IMG/VR virus record: IMGVR_UViG_3300009159_000059
DNA from: an uncultured virus (IMG/VR IMGVR_UViG_3300009159_000059)
Lineage: Duplodnaviria > Heunggongvirae > Uroviricota > Caudoviricetes
DNA: 20,000 nt
Strand: one strand, 5' to 3'
Below, in pieces: positions 1 through 10,100 of the stretch. Positions within the stretch are counted from its first letter, which is position 1; each line of letters opens with the position of its first letter. The position numbers were made by a program, and so were the translations under genes. Under the pieces are notes generated by a model, which saw only the letters and a list, made by a program, of their open reading frames with translations, was not told the origin of the DNA and did not search any database.

Positions 1-507
1 CCATCTTCTAACCAAGCTCATATCTATAACAACGTTAATAATGCTTGGGTGAAGCAGTTTACTCTTTTTCCGACAAATGCTCCAGCTCAATCTAGATTTG
101 GTACTAATGTTAAATTATCTGGAGACGGTAATTTTTGTTTAGTATGTGATCCAACAGGAGGCGTTGGTGGTTATATTATAGCTTATGGTAGGAGCGGAAC
201 TAATTGGGTCCAGCTACAATTAATTAATGAGTCAGTGCAGAATATAGGCAATAAATTTGGACAGAGCTTGGCTATTAGCTATGATGGTACAAAATGCGTG
301 GTTGGAGCTGATGGTGTTAATCAGAACACCGGCAGAACATATGCTTTTACTAGAAATGGCTTAGCTTATGACGAAGAAGCGGTGTTTGGGCCATCAGATG
401 TCGCGGGTGGCATTAGATTCGGATACGCTACGAGTATGTCTTCAGACGGCACCACTACTGTGTCTTCAGCAATTGATGCTAATTCTGCATATATATTTAT
501 CAAATAA
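1..507 (+). CDS. FG-GAP-repeat beta-propeller protein, 5'-truncated; probable virion fibre/adhesin component
   Basis: Frame 1 is open from base 1 (PSSNQAHIYNNVNNAWVKQF...), so the GTG at 49 is internal. It has three FG-GAP-like repeats (RFGTNVKLSGDG, KFGQSLAISYDG, RFGYATSMSSDG) plus the tail of a fourth. Stop is TAA at 505-507. Confidence 0.8.
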   Translation, partial: PSSNQAHIYNNVNNAWVKQFTLFPTNAPAQSRFGTNVKLSGDGNFCLVCDPTGGVGGYIIAYGRSGTNWVQLQLINESVQNIGNKFGQSLAISYDGTKCVVGADGVNQNTGRTYAFTRNGLAYDEEAVFGPSDVAGGIRFGYATSMSSDGTTTVSSAIDANSAYIFIK

Positions 508-516
508 GAGATAATC

Positions 517-1152
517 ATGACAATTAGAGCACAGTTCAGAAGAGGCACAGTCGCAGAATGGGATAATATAAATCCGATCTTATTGATAGGTGAAATTGGT
601 TACGCTACTGACGCTAGTAGATTTAAAATCGGCGATGGGATTAAGAATTGGCGCGATTTACCATTCGTTTCCGCCGGTGGTGCTGGTACTTTAACGGCTA
701 TAACCGCAGGCAAAGGTTTAATAGGTGGACTGATAACTACGTCAGGCACTATAGCTGTCGATGATTCTGTAATTATGACTCTTGACACGCCACAGACCAT
801 ATACAATAAAACTCTTAAATCTCCTAGCGAAATAGTTAATCGGATAGCTCATACCGGTGGAGTTTTAAATATAGACGCTAGTTTGGCTAATGATCATTAT
901 ATATATCTGACTGGAAATATAACAAACATAAATTTTGAGAACATTGACCACATTGGTAAGATGGTATATATTCGATTATTATTCGAATCGACAAGCATTC
1001 ATTCGATAAATTGGCCGCCGTATGTTATGTGGCCAAATAGCCAACAGCCAATGCTTAGTGGCAGCGGCAGGATAGACATCATTGGTTTAATGACTTTCGA
1101 CGATGGCGTGAATTTTTTTGGGAAAAAAGAATCTAGTAACTTAAGCGTTTGA
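517..1152 (+). CDS. Phage fibre anchor protein with a major-tropism-determinant-like N-terminal domain, short shaft and C-terminal beta-rich domain
   Basis: The N-terminal motif QFRRGTVAEWDNINPILLIGEIGYATDASRFKIGDGIKNWRDLPF is typical of Mtd_N / phage hyaluronidase N-termini. The shaft motif is TAITAGKGLIGGLITTSGTIAVD and the C-terminal domain has INWP-x-VMWP...IDIIGLMTFDDG. It is collinear with aa 1-210 of the next gene. Confidence 0.8.
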   Translation: MTIRAQFRRGTVAEWDNINPILLIGEIGYATDASRFKIGDGIKNWRDLPFVSAGGAGTLTAITAGKGLIGGLITTSGTIAVDDSVIMTLDTPQTIYNKTLKSPSEIVNRIAHTGGVLNIDASLANDHYIYLTGNITNINFENIDHIGKMVYIRLLFESTSIHSINWPPYVMWPNSQQPMLSGSGRIDIIGLMTFDDGVNFFGKKESSNLSV

Positions 1153-1153
1153 T

Positions 1154-1157
1154 AGGA
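1154..1157 (+). promoter_or_regulatory. Shine-Dalgarno site for the 3921-aa gene
   Basis: AGGA lies 7 nt upstream of ATG 1165. Confidence 0.55.
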
Positions 1158-1164
1158 TCAATTA

Positions 1165-4100
1165 ATGAGCATAAAGATCCAAGTGCGTAGGGACACAGCC
1201 AGTAATTGGTTGTCCGTAAATCCAATCTTATCCTCAGGCGAAATCGGTTTAGAAACTGATACCTTGAGATTTAAATATGGTGATGGGACCCTTAAATGGG
1301 AAGATCTGCCTTATCCCTCTATCGGAGGAGGGAGTGTCCAATCGATTTCTGCTGGGTATGGGCTTCTCGGTGGTATTATAACTAGCCAAGGCGAAATAAA
1401 TGTCGATGGAAATATTGCTCTTGATGTCCTAAGCGAACAAGCTCTGGCTAATAAGGCTTTTAAAAACAAATCTGGAACATTTACCAATATCTTCGTCGAC
1501 AATGGCATATTGAATCTGGACCTATCCGCATCTAATAATTTTATCGTAAATTTTGAAGAAGACATCGATAGCTTTACCACTTCTAACAATCCAGAAAATG
1601 GTATGGCTTTCGTTATAACTCTCGTGTTGAATATTACAACTGGCTCAGCCGTCACTTGGCCATCTAATATCATATGGCCAGACAACGTGTTCCCTACCAG
1701 CAGTGCTGTCGGGACTACAGATATCTTTAAATTATTGACCATCGATGGTGGTTCGTCATTTTATGCTTACATAGTTGGCCAAGGGTATAACACTAATTCT
1801 ATACCACCGAACTTCTTGGATGAATTCTTAAGTCCTAGCGATGGTAAACCAGGCGATGGCTTTGGCATATCGGCTGCTATTTCAAAGGATGGTAGAACTG
1901 CTGTGGTTGGTTCTATATATAATCAATATTCTGGCGCCGCATATGTGTTTAGAAGATCTGATAATAGATGGCTACAGATAGCCAAACTACTTGGCGAAGA
2001 TAATGAAAGTGCTTTTGGAACGTCAGTTGCGATTTCTGAATATGGTGATGTGATAGCAGTAGGTGCACCTCAAGAAGGCACCAACGATATTGGCGCTGCT
2101 TATATCTTCACCGAAGCCAATGATTCTTGGTTAAACAATAAAATAATACCTGAAGATAGCGCCGACATAACGGCTAAAAATTTAGTTAGGCTATTTGGCT
2201 CAAGTGTCTCGCTTTCTAATGATGGTACTCTTCTCATTGTTGGAGCCCCAGACTTTGATGTTCCAGATAATCAAAACACCGGCGCGGTTTATGTGTTTAG
2301 ATCCGACGGTCCGCCAACGCCACCACCACCGCCAATTAATAATTATTATATATATGGAACCGGTAAAAACACAGATTGTGAACTTGGCCTAGGTGATAAA
2401 AACAATAGGGCACTTTTTACATTAATCAAATCAGCGACACCGCTGCAAATAGCGGTAGGTAAGAATTATGCTTTATATATAAAGCATGATGGAACATTAT
2501 GGGCAACTGGTAAAACTGGATTAGGCCTACCGTCCGATCCGATGAACCAGTCTTATCGAAATTTTATCCAATTAGGCAGTGATTATTGGCTTGATGTTAA
2601 AGCTAATAATAAAGGAACTACATTACTCATTAATGCCGATGGATCACTTTGGGGATGTGGTTATAACCAAGATGGTAATCTTGGTATTGGCATAACGACG
2701 AATGTTAACGACCTGATTATGCTTGATGATAATAATTGGCGAGCCATAAGCTGCTGCTCTTCTAGTTCATATGGCATTAAATCTGATGGGACCCTTTGGA
2801 GCTGGGGCGACAACACATATGGCCAGCTTGGACATGGAGATTTATACCCTAGACTGTATCCTGCTGAAGTCGGGGTCGACGCTGGTACCTTTGGCACTAA
2901 TGTTACTGGCGGCACTGGCGGCACTGGCGGCACTGGCGGCACTGGCGGCACTGGCGGCACTGGCGGTACAAATCCTGTTTATACTGATTGGGTTTACATT
3001 TCGCAAGGAAGTTCTGCGCATCATGTGTTCGCCATACGAAACGATGGAACTAACGCTACACAAGAAGATGGTACATTGTGGGCATGGGGTAAGAATAATC
3101 TGTACCAATTGGGTCTTAATGATACTATCGATAGAAGCACACCAACACGGGTCAATTCTGAATTCTGGATTAAGGTAGAAGCTGGGACTGACAGTAGCGC
3201 TGGTATCACTTCGGCCGGAGAGTTATTTGTTTGGGGCTATAATTCTTATGGCGAGCTTGGTCTGAATGATGTTGTTGTTAGGCCAATACCTACTAGAAAT
3301 GCGTTTTTTCCAGCCTTTTTTAGTGATTTGAGCTTTAATGGCCATACTTTAATCGCTCTAGACACTATAGGTTACATGTACGGCGCAGGTTTTAATTATT
3401 ATGGGCAATTAAGCCAAGGCTTTTTTAGCGCTAACGATCCATCAAATCAGATAAGAATGTTAACTCAGATAACCAAATCAGGTGGTTGGATTATCGCTAC
3501 TATCCTTGATTCTTTAATAGCGTCACGTGACAGTTTACTACCACCACCGGTAGCAGGACCGACACCTACACCTGTTACGCCAACACCGACTCCAACTTCT
3601 ACGCCTACGCCGACTCCTACACCTACACCAACGCCAACGCCAACCCCTGCGGAATGTGCCACAGTATGGACTGGACGCACGTTACCTGGCCTATCGATTG
3701 GCACAATCGCCGCAAGTCCAGATAAAATAGTAATCACGACTGCAGATGGCGGGACAGCTGCGGTGTCGACAGACGGGATAAACTGGTCGTTAAGCTCAAT
3801 ACCTAGCACGACATGGGTCGATGCGATGTATGCAAATAATTTATTCTTAGTGAGTGGCTATGATGCCGTCAATGTAGGCACGCAGCGTCTGATATCGTCA
3901 CCGGACGGTATTAATTGGACACCTATAGCATTACCAATTGGCATAGCCGGAAAAATGGCGTCCGGCAATTCGATTTATTTAATCTTTAGCGTATGGGGAA
4001 CATCATTTCTTCGATCTAATGACCTGATTACTTGGCTGCCTGGTACTTTACCAACTCCGATCGATTGGATTTGCGCTCAAGTGATTCATAATGGTGTCTA

Positions 4101-7100
4101 TTTCTTAGCCACCAGCTCCAATTCAGACACTTATATAATATCGACCGATGGTATTAATTGGACTGTGTCATCATTTCCAAGCAGCACATCTAGAAATTGG
4201 CAAGCTACTACATTTGGCTTAGGCCTTTTTGTGGCTATAAACTATAGTGCTAATCCGCCGCTATCTTTAACCTCTAGCGATGGTGTTACTTGGGTCAGCA
4301 ACACGATGCCTTTGGTTGGAAAGTATTCAAGGGTGATTTTTGGAAATGGCTTCTTCCTTGCGCTAATTGAAGAATCAACATATGGAGCTCTATCGTACGA
4401 TGGTAGAACATGGTCTACAGTAACTCTACCATACTCTTCTAGTTGGAAAAATGGTGTTTATGCTCACGATATGTTTATAGTTTCTGACCTCGGTAATAAT
4501 CAGAACTATATCACATCGCCATGTAAGAAAACGCCTACGCCTACACCGTCAGGAACATATACTTGGCATTACGTAATATCAGGTTTAAATACTAGAGGCC
4601 AACTAGGGTTAAGCGATATAGCGGACAGAGACCAATTTATAGCCCAATCGTGGAATACATTACCAGTAAATTCAAACGATTTTCCTTGTATCAGCCATGG
4701 CTACGATCATACGATGATGGTGAAAACTGACGGTAGTTTATACGCTTATGGTAACAATGATAGAGGCCAATTAGGCTTGCCGACATCGATGGGAGCTTAT
4801 TTAAACGTTCCAGTTTTAGTGTCTGCCGGACCTTACCACACTGTTTCATGTGGATATAAATACTCTATAGCTGTTGCTGCTAACGGTGACATATTTGCAA
4901 CAGGTGCGAACGAGAGTGGGCAATTAGGTGTCGGTGATTTAACAGACAAGATGGGCCTGACCCAATTGGTCGGCTATAAAGCATACATCGGCACAGATCC
5001 AAAGGTAGGCGCTACGCCATGTGTAGCCACAGGAAAAACAGCGACAGTGATGGTGTTATTAATAAGAATGACGAGTGGTGATTTAATACCAAGATACTAT
5101 TCATGGGGTCTAAATCAATCTGGCCAACTAGGCCAATCTAATAGTGACTACTCTTATCAGACATCGACCCCTAGTGAGATAGCAAACCTTAACGCCTCTA
5201 CACAACCTGCAGTATATGGCGGAATATTGAATCATCATTTCTTTGCAATAGCTTTAGATTCAGACTATAATCACATCTTCTGTGGATGGGGTAATAATGA
5301 CCGCGGCCAGCTGGGCAACGCCTTAATTAACATAGATAACCCTATGCTTGGGGCTGTAAGTGGATGGTCGAGTGATTCAATAAAAATATTTAATGTGGCT
5401 ATCGGACAAAGTTTTACAGCCTTTATTGCGCAGACTGGGATAGGAAGCCCCGCATCACTATTGATCTCTGGTGCTAATGACCGCGGCCAAATCGGAGTCC
5501 CAGTTGGTAATTCCACTAATATCTTTACAGAAGTTCCATTTCCAGTGAATTACACAAGCTGGGATAAAATAAGTGCTGGTGCTGATTTTATTTATGCTAC
5601 CGCCAGACAGACTGGTAGCCGAAATACTTTTGGCTGGGGCGACAACACATATGGTCAACTAGATGGCGGACCTACAGCTCCTAACAGTTATATCTCGCCA
5701 ACATTATTAGATGCACGAGAATCTGAGACATTAAACACTAACCATCTTGGTTTCGGATTTGGCGGGTATTGGGCTTATTATACCGATACACCATCAGCGA
5801 GTGCATGCGCAATACGCTTAAAATATAATGGAGTGTCGACGAGAATAGGATCAAATGGTTTATCGTTCGCTGTCGGTGATGTAATAACCGTTGCCGGTAT
5901 AGGCGGCCTTGGTGCTTGGTCTTCTGTCGATGGTGTGTATAAAATAAAAGATTTTGACAACACTAATGGGATGATTGTCGAGTGCGTTTCGCCAGGGTGT
6001 TTTAATGGCTGGAATACAGCGAGTGGTTCCTTAGCTGCCCCGATAGTCATGGGTAGAGCTATAACATCAAATGGTGGCGCTGTGGTAACATCTACAGCCA
6101 CGACGGGTAACGTACCATGGGAAGTGAATTTTTATTGCAACGTGACCCCTACTCCAACTCCTACTCCGACCCCGACGCCAACTCCGACGCCAACTCCGAC
6201 GCCATCAGCCGGTGGCTCTGCTTTTGCAGCTGGTGCCGCTGGCCTTATCTCAGCCAAATTAGGAGTCATAACTCCTAAATTCACTAAATTTTCACCTGAC
6301 AATACATCTTGGAAATTCGCAGCTGTCGATAGTTTTTATGGCGCGTTCCTTATTAAATCAGATGGTACACTATGGGGCTCTGGGTATAATACTTACGGCC
6401 AACTCGGTACTGGTACAAATAAGACCGTTACAGATATGGTTCAGATTGGTACTGACAATGATTGGAAATTCATAACCGCCGACGCAGCATCAACCATTGC
6501 TATGAAGGATGACGGTACTATATATGGCGCTGGCTACAATGACTCTGGAACACTTGGTTTGGGTGACCGACTACCACGGATGTTCTTTACTTTAATAAAT
6601 TCTGATACTTGGTTGACGATAAAAACATATCGACACCAAACCGTGGGTGTGCGTTCAGATGGTAAACTGTTTATATGGGGCTTATTTAGTGACGTATTTT
6701 ATTCTAGTAACAATATAAATAGTCCACCTAGAGATGTGCCATTTGAACTGGTAGATGCCGGAAGTGGTTATATAAAAGCAGATTGCGGATATAATACTTT
6801 GTATGCCATAAAGTCTGATGGTTCATTATATGGTATGGGTGAAAATGGGTCAGCCCAGATAATGATGCCGCCAAGTACTATAATAGAAAGTATGACTAAA
6901 TTAACTTCATCAGAGAATTGGGTTGATATTGCAGCCAGCGACCAAGCACTACTATTGCTAAATGATATTGGTGAGATCTTTTCGTTTGGTATAGGGGAAG
7001 TATTAGGGACAGGTAAACGGTATACTCCTAATGGTCTTGAAAAAATCGATAAGGATTTTAAATATACAAAGGTATTCGCTACAACCAATGTCGCCGGAGC

Positions 7101-10100
7101 ATTAAAAACTAACAAAAGGTTAATGGTTTGGGGAAATAATTATTACAATGCGCTTTCTTTAGCCTTGGTAAATAAAATAAGCACACCACAAATATCAAGG
7201 CCAGACAATATGTATGATCATGTGGCCTTGTCGGCGACATTTTCTATAGCCATCGGTGCTGTCAATTTAACACCTACACCTACGCCTACAATACCAAATG
7301 TTTTATATGTAAATGGTCGCAATATTTATGGTAATTTGGCTACTGGCGATACCATCGGTAGAGGTTCTTTTTATGAAATATTGAGAGATAATGCCAAAGC
7401 TGCAGCAGCCTCAGAGAGTGCTTGCGCTGTTGTAAAATCAGACGGTACATTATGGACAGCGGGAACTAATTTTAATGGCATATTGGGGCAAGGAAGCAAC
7501 AATATGCTAAAACAATATACATTAATGCAAGTTGGAACAGATACTAATTGGGTGAATGTAGAATCAAACAGCCTCTCCGCGTTTGCAGCATACAAAGAAA
7601 ATGGTGACATATATGTCTGGGGCCAGTCAGGTGTACCTGATTTAATACCTTTTAACGCGTCGAATCCGGGAATCTTTACTAGCCCAACACTTGTGGCTCT
7701 TGCAGATATTTCAAAAATAGTGTATCTATATATAACTGATCTAATAGTTATTAAAGACAATGGGTCTTTATGGGCTCAGGGAAATAATTCTAACGGTAAC
7801 CTTGGGCTTGGAGCGAATGCAACGATTAACACCTTAACTCAAGTTAACGCCGGCCCATTTAAGACTAGTAGAACATCGTACGCCTACAATGGCTCTAATG
7901 GCATGTACATCAAAACCGACGGAACGTTGTGGGCTACAGGAGCTAATGGCTTACAGACGCCTTGTTCTGGGTTTTTAGGAACAGGCGATACTTCAATCGT
8001 AAACGTCTTAACCAAAATCGGCACCGACACAAATTGGGATAAAGTCACACTCATCTGGGACTACGGGGCTTATGCGATTAAAACAGATGGTACACTTTGG
8101 GGATGTGGCACACAGATACTTAATCAAAACAATACTGCGAATTTTGGTTCTTCTTTAACATTTGTTCAGATTGGCACAGACACAGATTGGCATGATTTTG
8201 CAGGCACTAGCTATCAAGAATTATACATTATTAAAAACGATGGTAGTCTGTATGCTGCTGGAAATAATTTACTTAATAATTTTACAGGACCTATTGCTTC
8301 GATCAATCGAATTAACGATCCGATGACATTTAATTATGTAAGCAGCGGCCTATGGGATAATGGTAACTTCTTTGTCAGCGGCATCCTTGTACCACCAGGC
8401 CCAACACCAACGCCAACACCGACACCTACGCCAACTGGTTGCGCCATAAGCTCGTTAACCTTGACACAATTAGCGCCCGCTAATTATAATTCCTACGGTA
8501 TCGCTATAAGCCCTGATGATAAAAACATATACACATCTAGCACATCTAGCCCTCCCAATAGTTTACCTATAGTCAATATTTATCAAAGAAATATGTTTAA
8601 CGGTAGTTTAACGCTAATGCAAAATATTTCTACTCTTGTAAATCCTATCTCTATTTGTGTAAGTCCAGATGGAAAGTTTGTTTATACTGTTATTGATATT
8701 GATGCTAAGATTTTCATCTATTCAAGAAATGCCACGACTGGTGTGCTAACCGATGTGGGATCAGTCGCAACCGAAACTGGTTACTTATATTTAAATACTA
8801 CTATCCTCCTACAACCGCGTGAAATGTGCATAAGCCCAGATGGAAAAAACGCTTATGTAATTTGTTCTAGGGGCGATTCCCCAAATAATGCTATGATAGA
8901 TGTCTTTACCAGAGACATAGTTACAGGTTTATTGACTCATTTTGAAACAGTCGAAGGCGATATAGGACCAAATAGTTATTCAATTTGTATAAGTCCTGAT
9001 GGCCTTGATGTTTATGTTACAGATTATGATAGCGTCAATGGGGTACGTCTGTTCTCAAGAAATGCTTCAACAGGCAGCCTGACATTCAATGGGTCCATTG
9101 CATCGGGCTTAGATCCACATGGAATTATCGTTAGCCCAGACGGTCTTTCCGTCTATGTCACAAGCGTCAATAATGGCGGCCTTAACGATCAAATAAGCAT
9201 CTATACTAGAGATGCGGCTACAGGATTACTCACAGACGCGGGCTCAATAGCAACTGGTGATAAGCCATACCAATTATCAATAAGCGATGACGGTTATTCA
9301 GTTTATACTGCTAACAAGACAGGTCAAAAGATCTCGGTCTATTCTAGGGCCTCAGATGGATCGCTCACGGCTGATGGTTCTGTGTCAACCAGCGGCCAAT
9401 ATCCATATCGCAGTGTAGTGAGCCATGATGGCAAGAATGTTTATATGACGAATCTTGATTCAAATCACATATCTGTGTTTGCAAGAACATGCGGGTCTGC
9501 TCCTCCACCAAACACTAACCTTTTAGTGTCAGGCATGAGGACAAGCAGCATAGAGCTAGGCGTCCCTGCGAGCTATGTGCCTGCAGTTCCTAACAACTAC
9601 ACTTTCTATGGTGTCAGTAACGTTGCTACTTGGGACGGTGTCTTTGGGAACACAAATGTCTTATTTGCAACTAAAGGTGGCGAATTATGGGCATGTGGTC
9701 GAAATAACTTTGGGCAGCTTGGTATAGGTAATACTACAAATCAAGCTGAATTAGTGCAAGTCGGCAATGGCACCGACTGGAGTTATGTGGTTACATCTGG
9801 TGTCAGCACGCTAGCATTAAAGACCGATGGTACCTTATGGGGAACAGGTTATAATAGCTTCGGCGAATTAGGTCTTGGTCATACTAACCAAGTTAACACA
9901 TTCACACAAGTCGGTGTTGAGACAGACCATAATAATAATATAGCAATGAGTACGACCGGAAGCTCATATGTTTATAGAAGTGGTATACTTTACGCTACTG
10001 GCAACAATGCGAATTATCAGCTCGGAACAGGTAATACCATTAATTTAAGCACATTTAACGCAATGGATGCGCAAAGTTGGTATAATGGTCCATGGATGAT

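Noticed and set aside
49..507. GTG start at 49 giving a 152-aa protein
   Set aside because: The frame is open to base 1 with continuing repeat sequence and there is no SD, so the true start lies upstream of the window.
2771..3178. Alternative-frame ORF with a hydrophobic (LAA)n run resembling a membrane or signal segment
   Set aside because: It is a frame-shifted reading of the 9-bp repeat within the giant gene.
8440..9492. Enzymatic 6-phosphogluconolactonase (or sialidase for the Asp-box modules)
   Set aside because: Only the repeat scaffold is recognisable. I could not identify catalytic residues, so activity is unsupported.
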